From: Antedon mediterranea
Lineage: Eukaryota; Animalia; Echinodermata
Length of the DNA: 64,000 bases
NCBI RefSeq assembly: GCF_964355755.1
Contig: NC_092676.1
Coordinates: 17,192,871-17,256,870 of the forward strand
Direction: 5' to 3'
In this document: piece by piece, positions 40,110 to 52,629 of the stretch
Numbering within the stretch: position 1 is the stretch's first letter
Layout: the number at the start of each line of letters is the position of its first letter
Program-made: the position numbers and the translations under genes
The notes under the pieces: generated by a model
Told to the model about the DNA's origin: nothing
The model's database searches: none
The model's input: the letters and a program-made list of their open reading frames with translations, nothing else

Positions 40110-43100
40110 CTAAACAACTTGGTTTGTTTCTGCTTCTTTTTTCAAACGTTGTTCATATCTGAAAGCAACACAAACATGAATATTAGTACAGTACTTAGTT
40201 GCTTTTCCCATGACAAAATAAGCCTACTCTAGGCAAATTCCCATTACAGTGATTTTAATCATATAATTTTAAGGCGTAAACAAAATTTATTGTAGTCATG
40301 AACAATATGGAGTAAAACTAAAATATTTGAAACAAACAGTTGGCCCTTTCAACATTTAATATCCTCGCCCGTGGAACTTGACACTGTAAAAAAAAAACCC
40401 CACCCACTTCTCTCCCATCCGCATTGTAAAGTAAAATAGCCTACTAGGTATAGAAATATAATTTATAGCCCGACATTCATACCTACAGTACTGTAGATCA
40501 CCAAACCTGCATTTATGCATAAAATCATCACTTCATAGTGATAATCATAATCACAATCAATATTAATTATTATTACTTAAAATTTGAAAATCCTTTCTTA
40601 ACAGAATGCTACAAAATTGTAAGGTGCAGATGACAGAACTATAAAGTGTTTAAGTTATATAAACATTGTATTTAAAGGGCAATTTAGGTTGGGTGACGTG
40701 ATGTCACCAATTAAAATGTTAAAACAAAGTAAAGTACATTCTACATACTTTCAAACAGAATAGAATCTCTCTTGCGATAAAGAAGAAGAAAAGTATTGTA
40801 CACAGCAATTATCACCATCATAAATTTCATGGAAACAATGCAGAACTAATTGATGTGATTACAATAAAACTAATGAGCCATTTATTAATTATTTCTGATA
40901 TAAAATCATTTTATTTGAAAATAATATAATCTTCTTGTCTGTAACATCCTGTTGTATTTGCTCTAGCATAATATAAATATATAATCAACATCTTGTTCAT
41001 CTTTACTACTGTTAAATAATCAAATAATTCAATTTTTAGTATGTACATAGTTACAGTATTTATATGAAATAAATAAAATAAGAAATTACTGTAATTATCT
41101 AATATCCTCCTAATAAAATGTGTCCTATTCCATTTAAAATTACTATTCTGTTTGGTATTAAAACAGATCATTGTGTAAACAAAATTTAAAACATAGTTTT
41201 TTTCCTAGCAAAAAATATGAAAGAGGTAGTGTATCTACAATAAGGACAGATTGACATAATTTGTGGATGGAAGTCACAGACTTCTCCTGTATAGAATGCT
41301 ACAGGTATCAACAAAACATGCTACCCCTTATGGGCTGCATATGGCAATTGTCTAGTAGTAGGTATTTTTCCTATAATCTTAATTTATGATCATTAGTAAT
41401 ACTAAGAAAAAACATAACTGTTGTTAAAAACAAAATATAAACTTGATACAGTACATAATCTATCCTAATAATGGGACAAGTACTATTACTATTACCCTTT
41501 TCATAAATTTGCATAATTGTTACAACTTTTAAAATAGTTTGATATCCTGATTTATTACATGTTTCATTCATACATACATCGACCCTTAAGAAAGTATAGC
41601 TGGGCGCTATTTGATAACTATGATTGGTTTAGTTTAATACCAGGTAAATTACAAATGCGTAGTAACAACTCGGGACATCTTGGAACAACAAAAACAGGCC
41701 ACATGCTGGTGCTTTATTCTCCCAGGATTTTTTCCACTGTGATATCTCGGGAGATATTCCACAAAATTGTCTACACACTATGCAAACCTGGTTTAAAAAC
41801 ATGTAAAAGTTTGTTACTTTTTGCAGATGTGAAAAGGGTATAAGTTATGGTAGTGATATGTTAGTTGTTGGGTAATTGTCCTAATGTTATATGGGTGACT
41901 ATTTTTGTCCTATAATTATCATCATTTATTATTAATGAATTTCTTTAATTGATTTTTATTTATTTCAAATACATTATAGTATATTATAGTACGTATTCAT
42001 TTAAACAATTTACAAAAATGTCTTATAAAATAAAAATTCAGCTGCGTATCTAATACATTGAAGTTGTAATCAGCTCATATTAAGTCACAAAGCTACTAGG
42101 TATCCACATTATTTAATATTAATATTAACTCAAAAGCTGCCTTCATTTTTTCAGTGCCAATTTGTCTCATCTTTGCCATTAATGTATTGTTTCATAAAAG
42201 TTTTGGATGTGTGAATTTAAATCTTCGCTTTGTTTTTTCCCCCTGAAAAAAATAATATAATTTGAGGAATATTTGTAAAAACAATATATTGTATGTAATT
42301 TGAAATTACTTTTTATTTAGTATGAAAATGTATGAAATGTTTCCTTAATGTTTATAAACTTTTAATAATAGGTACTGTATGAATGATAAAAGTTGATAAA
42401 GATGGGCATGTCTTTAAGTAAATGTGGCCAATGATTTAAAGATGTATTGTCCCTTTGACTAATTCCAAAAAAATTTGTAAAAAAATATTTCGAAAAAAGT
42501 GGGTTCTTTTGAAGTATCATAATAGTTATTAACTTTCACAAAAAATTAGTTGAAAAACAAAATCATTTAACTGATTTACAGATGTTTTTTTGTTCAAAAA
42601 ATAACTTTGACTTCCAGTCAAAGTTTTTGATCAAAACATATCTCATAATGCAACGCGCTTGTTTGTCTACTCTGTATGCATAAAATTACTTCGTGATCTG
42701 TGTGAAAACACCTTTTCAACCGTGACGAGTTGTAAACAATCCTAATAGCATCATGCATACCCATGGTTTGAAATCTTTGTTTATTTTCGCTTGCGACGAT
42801 TTTCTAAAAGAAATGTAATCAAATTAATTTACCTGTTAATTACAAAAACTTGTTGTTTTTGGCTAGAATTTTCGACTTAAAGTAACTTATAATAATTATT
42901 ACTTTGATATGGCCAATTTAAATTAAGAATATTTTGACTTTCATTTTTTGTGTTTCAAGGGGCAATACATCTTTAACCAATAGGAAATTAATCGCTGTTC
43001 TATCAGGTAGGTGGTAATCCCCCTGATACACAGGGGCTATTTTTCAGTTCACCAGGGTAACATTCTACTTGTCTTGAATGAGGAACTGAGTTCACATGGT

Positions 43101-46100
43101 CGTGAGGTTAATTTCCCGATTGATCGAAATCAAAACGGTACTGGGTATGGTCTACTAGTTTTTCTGCTCCCAACCAGTACATCCATTCATAGAAGCTTTG
43201 ATGAAGTAAGCCTACCTGGTGGTAACCATAGAACGGTTCCGAGATAACGACTATACTTCGGCTTTAGTCGACAGAAGTTTGAAAAAATTGTTAGAGATAG
43301 AGTATACGATGTTTGATTACGTACGTGTAGATGTGTGATTTGTTCTTTTTATTCAAATGATGTTATGTATTTAATAATATTCGTGAGGTCGGCTTTAGTC
43401 GACAGAAGTTTATCTGTTATACGATATAAACAACATTACACGCGTACATCGTAACGCAAGCATTTCATTCTATACTCATACGCACTTTATCGAACATAAT
43501 TTTAAACCAAACCTAATCATACATCATACAACGATAAGACATCAACCGATTCAGTTCAAAACCAGTTATTAAGGTAAACTTTTTAAATTTAAATTAATTT
43601 TTGTTCTATCCACTCTACCATATTCATATAAAGATATTGTGGAACCACGTCAGGTCAAGTTCAATATTGAATATCGAAACGTGGCAGGCTGAAGGCGCTT
43701 GACCTTTGACAAGATCGCCTAAATTTTTAATATATTAACTTTACAATACTTAGTGTTGTATATTCTGGTACAGCCGCTCCATAATCTCTTTGCTTTTCTT
43801 CCTTATATCTATATTTTTAATTTATACTAACAAATATCTTTTTATTAATATAATAATAATAATATATCAAACATTTATTAAATAATATTTGTCGCATAAT
43901 ATGCAATCTACGATAATTGAATTAATTGATATAACAAAATTATTAAATACATAACATCATTTGAATAAAAAGAACAAATCACATATCTACACATAATCAT
44001 AACATCGTATACTCTATCTCTAACAATTTATTCAATCTTCTATCGACTAAAGCCGAAGTATAGTCGTTATCTCGGAACCGTTCTATGGTTACCACCAGGT
44101 AGGCTTACTTCATCAAAGCTTCTATGAATGGATGTACTGGTTGGGAGCAGAAAAACTAGTAGACCATACCCAGTACCGTTTTGATTACGATCAATCGGGA
44201 AATTACCTCACAAATGTACAGTACATGGTAAACTGTGTACACTGTGCCTATAGTTTATATTCCTTTTATTCTTGTTTATCCACTAGAACTAGGATCGGTA
44301 TTGTTTGCTTTTAAGGTTAACAGCAACCCTGCCTTAACCACTTGGCCATTTAACTCGCTTTTCAAGATTATAAACACTTGTTTAAATTGCTTGTTATTTG
44401 ATTGGAACTTTGAATATATTAGTTATTTAGTTATGTATTAGTTCCACTTAATCTATATATAAATTTACGTAAGGGCAAAATTCGGTAAATCGCGCCTTAC
44501 TTTTAGAATTTTTACTCGATGGTATGTAAAGTTGGTTCGTACTTTCGGTACTGATTTTAACCACCTGATGTAACCCTGTTTACTAATTAAATTAAGTTAG
44601 ATAATTAGTTATTGACGATTAAAACGAATTTAGGTTCAAAGATTTGCCCCAAATAGGGGTGTTTTCCGATCGTGGTATACACTGTCTAATGGATGTCCAT
44701 CTTGAAAAATACCCGCCACAAAAATGCGAGGAGGCTTCGCATTTTTCTATCTCCTCCTACGATAATTGTTTTTAATAGCTGAAAACCGGTTGAACAGTTC
44801 GAGTACAGCATCATAATGTTGAAGACAGGCCGATTTTCTTTAAAAAATACTATTTTGATACATTTAATATACGTTTTTACAAATGTATTGATTTGTGATG
44901 AATGGAACATTCCAAATTATTTGGTTTAACCATACAGGTATAGATTTAGATTTATGGGCCTCCTTGGAGAATAAACATAAATAGTATTGCAATGCTGTAC
45001 AATACTGTTAAGGTATTAACCACTTTTGATCGCAATTTGAATCGCAAATGTCTTACTGTGAGTGTTGGTACTGTTAGATGTAATATAAAAATATATACAA
45101 ATAAACTTTATTACTGTGAGTGTGGGTAGGCCCTACTGTTAGATTATAAACATATAATATACAAATAAACATTCCAAATTATTTGGTTTAACCATAGAGG
45201 TATAGATTTAGATTTATGGGCCCCCTTGGAGAATAAACATAAATAGTATTGCAATGCTGTACAATACTGTTAAGGTATTAACCACTTTTGATCGCAATTT
45301 GAATCGCAAATTTTTTACTGTGAGTGTTGGTACTGTTAGATGTAATATAACAAGGCCAACAGCCATTAAGTCGCGTGCTACAATGCATAGTGATACCGGA
45401 CCGACAGACAAACAGACTGACAGACAGACAGACAGACCGACAGACAGACGGACCGACCGACATAGTGAACTATACTGACCGAAATTACTGAACATGTTTA
45501 AAAATGTTGAAATGTTTAAAAACATTTATATTTTTTTAATTTACACGTGCGTAGCCTGTCACATTTGACGTGCTCGTATAACGTAATTTCAAGTTGAAAA
45601 TTAAGTCAAGAAAACAGAAATCGGGCAAAAAGTGTGCGCAATAACATTTAACGCGCAGTGCGCGCGCAAAATTCTGCGCACTCATGGCAATTTTGTAAAC
45701 GCTTAAAATTGCCTGAAACGTACTCTTATTTCATCGAAAAAAAATTTTGAAAATTTTAAGCGCGCGTACGCATGCGTTACATGCGCTACGCACGTAATTG
45801 TATTGTCATATGATGATTTATGCCCTGAAATTTATGAGTACCAAATTTTATTTAATTGTGATTCATGGTTGTTAAGATATTATTACAAACGTGATTTCGT
45901 TAAATCGTGCGTAGACCGCGTAATTTTTTTATTGCGCACCGTGAAAACATAACCACATCTATTCCTGGCCATAAGGAATATTCTGTGAAAAATTGACTTA
46001 GCTAGATTAAACTGATATCAAGATAAGGTCATAAAGCGACAAAACGCATAGTGATACCGGACCGACAGACAGACAGACAGACCGACAGACAGACCGTGAG

Positions 46101-49100
46101 ACAGACCGACAGACAGACAGACAGACAGACAGACCGACCGACCGACTTAGTGAACTATAGAGTCGCTTCCACGCGACTAAAAATATATACAAATAAACTT
46201 TATTACTGTGAGTGTGGGTAGGCCCTACTGTTAGATTATAAACATATAATATACAAATAAATAAACGTTATTACTGACAGTTGCTTCTCAACGTTTGTAT
46301 TAATTAATAATTTAAAAATATATAAACGTCGTAGTGGTGTATCGTTACATGTACTTTACTATTTCAATCGACTATGACAGTGAGAGTTTTAACAAAGTAC
46401 CGTATTAAATCGTAAATGTTTTACTGTATTTAGTGGTATATTATTTATAGGCCTATAAAACATTAAAAACAATATTTCGTTACTGAGTGGATAAGAATAT
46501 ATTTTAAAATGTTTCCTCTTTGTACCTATCTTCTTCCCCCATCCCTCAACCCTTAATGTTACATACAAAACACAAATTGGGTTTGTTTAAATGAGTCCAA
46601 ATAAAACAATTTGTTTCTCTCTCGGAAGTAATTCCCAGGGTGCTAATTTTTGTTGACTACATAAATCATTGTGTATATTTATTCGTTTCTGTAAACGACA
46701 ATGTATTATAGTCCTGCGGTACGTACATTTGAAATCTCAATTTTTTTCTCGCTGGAAATACTGTGTATTCGAGAACCATCTGTGGGCACGACCTAGATGG
46801 TACGCGAGCGAAGCGAGCGTGCCATCTAGTAGTTCTAATACATGGTATTAGCCTTGAACTTTTCTAATGTTTTATAAATATTTTGTTTTATATCCAGCAA
46901 CCCATTTTGTTTTTACACCTGTTTGTGAAAACACAATAAAGATAACTTGAACTTGTAAAATGTTTAGAATTTTGAGCAATGCAAGGATGGTGACTGTAAT
47001 GTGTTTTGTCTATAAACTGTTCTACTCTGCAGCCAAAATCAAAACACTGCTTTTTTAGCCTAATCTCCCATCTAGCCTTTGATTAATTTGAATAAAAGTT
47101 TATTTTATACTGCAGTATAGTAGATGTATGAAAACAATCTATTTAACTGACTAGCTACATAATATATGGTCATAATATTTTTAGTTTTAGCTCAGAATGT
47201 ATTTATAACACTATTCTCATCTAAAAACAAGCAACACTGTGTGGTGTACACGTAAATTCTAGTGGTCACATTGTTTTCAGTGCATGTTGATATAAAGTTT
47301 GCAGTATATAAAGGCTGGTTATTATAATGTATTTAATTTCTTTTGAAATTTGCATCTTGTAATGAGAGGTCATCATTTTAAGATTGCACTTCACAACTAA
47401 TCAGAGGCAGTTAACGACTGGAACAAATTACCATATCAATGTTAATTCCTCATCTAATAATAAGTTATTTTCAAATTTGTATTGAAACACTGGACAAACC
47501 ATCACCATCATCATGTATGAAGACAAGGTGTACTGTACATCAAGGTAAATAATACTGCTAGCCTCTACAAAGTTGTGATGATTACTACTACCACCACCTG
47601 TACTACACTCATTTAAAATAAAATACTGTATGTTGATACTTGACCTAATACTAATATACTGTACAAAATGTTATTCTTTCAGATACATTATTGTCTAAAA
47701 TTAAATAAGTTTCAATATTGTTATGATCCAAGTGGTCGACTTTCTTTAATTTCTTGGCATTGTAGATTCACAATATGTGTAGTGGTATACTTTAAACGTC
47801 TTGGGTATCACACACATATTCACATGGGCTGCTTTTATCATTTTAAATGTGTTGAACATTATTTCCTTGTTAAAATTTAAATGAAAATATTTTTTTTTCA
47901 AAAAAGATATTTAAAACTGAATGAAATAGTTGAAAGGAAATGGACAAAATGAAATGAATGAATGTTTATGCATTCAATCAATAACACAATAATACTATAG
48001 TTGCAAAAATAAATGGGAAAACCTTATAAAACATATTTTTGATTAAACAAAAATTTAAATGTTTACAATAATTAGAAAATATATATTATTTTTTTGTAGA
48101 GATTACTCGCCCACTAAAAAGTTTCAATACAAGGACTTGCACACACCAAGGTAAAAATTTGTTTTGCTAGGAAATGTAAAAGGGGTAAGGAAACAAAAGT
48201 TGCGCTTTGTTTAAAAACTTACAGATAGATACGAATCAGTTGAGTGACTCCAGTTATAGTTAAAAAGAAATTGACACTAAATAGGTTGTAATTCTTTGGA
48301 ATAATTACAAGCGAGTAACGGCACCAAATTATACCTGAAAATAAAAAAAATAAATATATTTATTCTTAGTCTTAACAATGCATAAATAATTAATCAAAAC
48401 TGCTTTGTTCTACAGGGAATAATTTCGCCAGTGTAGCATAGCAAAAAGCTATACAAAACAACCTTATTGCTACACATTTGTACAATTGTGTAGCAAAAAA
48501 TACAATACAAAACTATGTTTCTCGAATCAAAAATCAGTTTGATTAGCAATATTGCTATCGAAATGAAATTTTTCCCTGTTCTAAAAGATATTGATGGATG
48601 TAAAATACAAAATGAACAAACCTGTGGCAGCTAAAGCACCTGATTGCCTGACACTAAGGGCCTCTGGTGGACGAGCTAGATCTGCTAAACCAGCAATAAC
48701 AAGTGCCTACAATAATAATATAATATAGTTAAATACACAGGGGGTATAGCAATAGAAACAGCAATACTAGGAAGACGTCATTCCCATCTACCTCTATGGG
48801 GACATAAAGGCAGCATATGTGTGGATGGACATGATATATAGTGCAACTCTTGGTAGATAGTTATAGCCATTGTACTGTACTTCTAGTTCCTCCAGAACAA
48901 TTGCTGAATTCCTTCACTCTAATTTTGTCTTTGACAAGTAAATATACGACCACCTTTCTTATGTGGCCGGTTTTTATTAAAGTTATTAAAGCAGTCAATA
49001 TTGTACTCCGCAGAATTAGAAAGTGCGGTTATCTAAGTTTCAGTCACTATCGCAATATCACTGATCAGCCTTCATGGGTTTGATTGTTTCTGACAATTTG

Positions 49101-51591
49101 TCCATTTTGTTTAGCATTGAACATGCTTTGGTCAGAAAGAAAGTCGGAAACAAGGCTTTTGAATGCGGTATGGCCCCCGTCTATGAATTATAATGTTGTT
49201 GTGCCTAGCCCTAGGTTTATATTTGCGCACAGTTCCAATGTTATACATGATCCTAGGCCTAGGTATTTTTCTTGTTGAGATAAATATAACAAGATACAAA
49301 TTGGAGATAAATTTATGTGGGGAATTAAATCTATGGAAAGAAGGATTTATATAGCATTAGCTGAAAGTTTTACTTTCTTGTTTTGGTAGAACTTGTTGTA
49401 TAGAACATGCATGAACAAAGATAAAATTGCTTTTTAATACAAATATAATTGTATAAAAAATGGTACATTAAACCACAGAAGTTCAAAATGTCAACAATAG
49501 GTTATTTTAGGTAAGCGTTCATTTTTTTATAGAAAATACTGCATTATTTGTATTGACTTTGCCTTGTGTTTTTAATAGCTACACCAAGAGAATTGAACAT
49601 AAAACTGTAAAGTCAATGTCCCTACAATCTGTGCGCGTCATTCAATAAATTGAAACTGCAAAAGGTGACATTGAGTATGTTATCCAGGGAAATAGGAACG
49701 ACATGTGTTTCATTATTCCTGCCATGGGTGTTATAATTGTGTCTAATGGGTGTAATTAAGGAATACTATCATCGACATCGACAAAATATTAAATGCAAAC
49801 GAGATTGAATTTCAACGAAAATACAATTACAATTATTAGTAATTAGTACACTGCTTAATGTTCCAGTACAATCAAACAATTTTTAAATATCTAACTAATT
49901 GGTTTTTCAATATATAAAATTTATAACAGTACATAGTAGTACAGGAAGTCCACATTACAATAATTAGCAGCACTATTAAATTGTCTTCCATCCAATATTT
50001 AATGATTCTTGAAAGCAAAATATTTCATTTTGCTGGTACCCAGACTAACATGCTTTTTTCTTTCTTTCTGGTTTCATTCATTCTACTCATTGCAATATAA
50101 AACATTGAATTGAAAGTAAATTACATATACAAATTGCACAATAATAAAACCAGTTAAAAACATTAAAATCTCTGAACATTAAACAGTTAAAAACATTAAA
50201 ATCTCTGAACATCAAACAGTTTAAAAACATTAAAATCTCTGAAAATCAAAATATCATAGCAAAAAACTATACAATGAATTCATGTTTTCACAATATATAT
50301 AGTACATACTGTAATATAATAATACTGTAGGTAGTTTAATACAGATCAAGCAACAGCTTAAGACAATTTAAAAAAAATTACAATTAGAATTCTCAAAGAT
50401 AAGCATGCAGCAGTTTCGATTCTCAGTATTATAACACCTAAATATTACTTTTATATATTTTTTAGAATTCTACTGAATATTTAATACTGTATTTAGGTAT
50501 CACAGCAACAAAGTAACTCACCCATTTCCATGATGGTGCCCAGAAGTGTATAGTTTTCAAACCTATAGATAATGATTTAAATTCATTTTAGTGGATATGC
50601 TGGTGATACCAATACTTTTGCAGGTACAGTATTAAGCATAATGCAATTTATCGGGAAAAAAGAGCCTTATTAATTTTGATTTTGCTTACTCATCTGTTAA
50701 AAACAGTATTTACAGGCAAGGTCGACCGTGCATATTTATTACGGATAGTATTTTCTATCGGCATGGTTGAACATGCTAATAGTCATTGCTGTAGAGGCTA
50801 TTGACAGCCGACCCGGCGATCATGCATCCAATTCAATGTTTCAACCATGCATATCTATTGCAGACTTAATTATGTAGTCTATTGTGACTGGGCATCAGAC
50901 GCACAGGTGCGACCATGCAGATAAAAAACAAGGCATTAGATAGAAAAATTGACCATGCCAAAAGTCGCTTTTGTATATCAATTTGTATCTCTGTTTGCAT
51001 GCAACCAAGAGCCCTTTTTAATGCCAACAAGAGGATATCATGAGACGATGCTGGCGCTGGATTGGTTCTCTGGTGAGAAAAGAACCCGACACCAAAAGGC
51101 AAATAGCAACGATGAACACTAAAAAACCATCTGGTGAACTGTAGGGGAGCAGATGAACAAATGTAAATAGACGGTGAGTGAAAGTCAATTGCTGCCATGG
51201 GTGGCAACTATAAGTACTATAAAAGCATGTCTACACTTATCAAACTTTATTTGACAACAAAATCTGGACATATGGACATGATGTCAAATCACTACCATAT
51301 TTGGGCATGTCACCACCATATTTGGGCACGTCACCACCATATTTGGGCACAGCACACTTTTTTTTGTCAAACTACAGTAGACTAATAGTGTAGACAAGTT
51401 TGTCTGTTTATACCTGCTGGATGATTCCATAGATTCTTCATCCGTCCTGGTAGCACATCTTGAATGCGCTGATCAAATCTTGACAGAATTGATGATCTTG
51501 CTTTGACTGCTGTCGTGGCATCTGTACCTGACTTTCGTATACTTCTTATGAGAACATTTCTACCTTGAAAGGCAGACAGCCTTAGTGCCAT
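40110..51591 (-). CDS. MPC2: Mitochondrial pyruvate carrier 2, 154 aa; exons 51591-51414, 50562-50522, 48706-48622, 48334-48223, 40158-40110
   Basis: Spliced translation ...LWNHPAG|LKTIHFWAPSWKW|ALVIAGLADLARPPEALSVRQSGALAATG|IIWCRYSLVIIPKNYNLFSVNFFLTITGVTQLIRIYL|YEQRLKKEAETNQVV* carries the MPC2 signatures. All introns are GT-AG and phases are consistent (465 nt). The last exon is the least certain; AATAAA at about 39894-39899. Confidence 0.95.
42436..42976. mobile_element. Non-autonomous Kolobok-like DNA transposon with TTAA target-site duplication
   Basis: TTAA|AGATGTATTGTCCC ... GGGGCAATACATCT|TTAA. AG...CT termini with a TTAA TSD fit Kolobok better than piggyBac (CC...GG). Confidence 0.8.
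43102..44211. mobile_element. 1.1-kb non-autonomous element with ~275-bp terminal inverted repeats
   Basis: 43102-43378 is the near-perfect reverse complement of 43939-44211. No clear TSD. Confidence 0.9.
44907..46262 (+). repeat. About 262-bp tandem duplication whose second unit is split by a HINE insertion
   Basis: Unit 1 spans about 44907-45168. Unit 2 spans about 45168-45350 and resumes at about 46181-46262. Confidence 0.9.
45349..46183 (-). mobile_element. Helentron-associated (HINE/DINE-1-like) element, about 830 bp
   Basis: Terminal agtcgc.t.cacgcgact hairpin, two GACA/GACC microsatellite blocks, and termini identical to 29705-29813. Inserted in an A/T run. Confidence 0.8.
46793..46830 (+). 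mobile_element. Helitron-like 3' terminus (GC hairpin ending CTAG|T)
   Basis: ctagatggtacgc-gagcgaagcga-gcgtgccatctag|t. Confidence 0.45.
47360..47495 (+). mobile_element. CR1-like LINE 3' coding relic
   Basis: RAVNDWNKLP motif typical of the CR1-group ORF2 C-terminus, heavily decayed. Confidence 0.4.
48790..49165 (-). mobile_element. Decayed LINE apurinic-like endonuclease N-terminus in MPC2 intron 2
   Basis: Minus-strand DIAIVTET* and FNKNRPHKKGG resemble the D(I/V)xxxTETW and DR..KGGG motifs of L2/CR1 endonucleases. Confidence 0.55.
50151..50250 (+). repeat. Minisatellite, 33-bp unit x3
   Basis: cagttaaaaacattaaaatctctgaacat(t/c)aaa. Confidence 0.9.
51221..51401. mobile_element. MITE family A copy with an internal 21-bp triplication
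   Basis: tgtctacac.tatcaaact ... atagtgtagaca, containing (tcaccaccatatttgggcacg)x3. Confidence 0.8.
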
Positions 51592-52329
51592 TTAAATCTG
51601 TGAATTAAAGCAAAAAGTATAGGTTTAAAAATTACAAATTTATATTGACATTTACTAGTTTTCTTCTAATTCTTTACTGTTGAAAATTTCAATCAAAAAC
51701 CTTTAATTCAATTTTGAAATATATATAATTTGAAATATAATAATTTATAATATATTTTAAATGATTTTTAAACAAAAAAATAAATAAAATGACTTTAACA
51801 AAAATAACATGTTTGTAAATAATAATTAAGGCTTTAAAAAAAGGATAATTTGGCCCTGCATCAATTTAGCCTTTAGTTAGGCCTATTTTAGTATTTCTAT
51901 TGGGCCTAGAAGCGAAGGCCTAGTATTTACACAGATTTGAGAACCACCGACAATCAATGTCTTGCAAGTCATATAATAATTAATATTAAAAAAGAAATAC
52001 TTTCAATTTCAATGCACAAAAAATCGTTCGAATTGCGCATAATAATGATAAAACTCTATAATATTACTAATTAGAGGCCTATGACTACAAAAAGCATGAT
52101 TAGCTAGATACACCATGGAACTTACTAGGCTTAGGCTAGGTACTAGACTATGCTCTATTATGCCTAGCTAGCTAGAGTCTTCTAAAAAGCTACTCTAAGC
52201 CTAGGCCTAGGCCTGACTGAAATACAACAAGTTTGTTTATCAGTCAGTCAGTAGTCTCGTCGGCCTAGTAACTGTCACAATGTAAATTCAAACATTAAAT
52301 TAATGAAGATGAATACTTTACATAATTAC

Positions 52330-52629
52330 CTAACTAACCAACCTAATAAAACATTAAATTAATCAAAATAAATTGCCGATTTCTGAGAAATACTATTGTT
52401 ACTTTTATTTACATTTTGTGGCTTATTTAATCACCGTTGAGTCAACAATAGGAACAGTAATGGTAGTCTCTTCGCGGGGGAAATTATAGCTCTCTGAGTT
52501 TTGTGGATGGTGCAAAGAGGCTATACACTGTATTGGTTTGACCTTTGACATGGATGTAGCTTCAATCAAAACAAAATTCATTTTCTTGATTGTTGTCTTT
52601 AAATATAATTTTTAAATAGTTCCAATGCC
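52330..52629. promoter_or_regulatory. Putative bidirectional promoter shared by MPC2 and DCAF6
   Basis: Divergent ATGs at 51591 and 52630. The MPC2 ATG exon begins at an acceptor (ttcacag|atttaaATG), which implies a UTR exon nearer DCAF6. CCAAT (ATTGG 52532-52536) and a DR1-like TGACCT-T-TGACAT (52539-52551) are present. Confidence 0.6.

Noticed and set aside
41643-41787. Exon-like open stretch in the last MPC2 intron
   Set aside because: In the MPC2 phase it stops after two codons, and no homology is recognisable in other frames.
45214-46192. ORFs rich in SVCL/TDRQ (also 29589-29864)
   Set aside because: They are translations of the HINE microsatellite.
50700-51210. 113-aa minus-strand ORF in MPC2 intron 1
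   Set aside because: No recognisable domain or compatible splice sites; likely a repeat relic.
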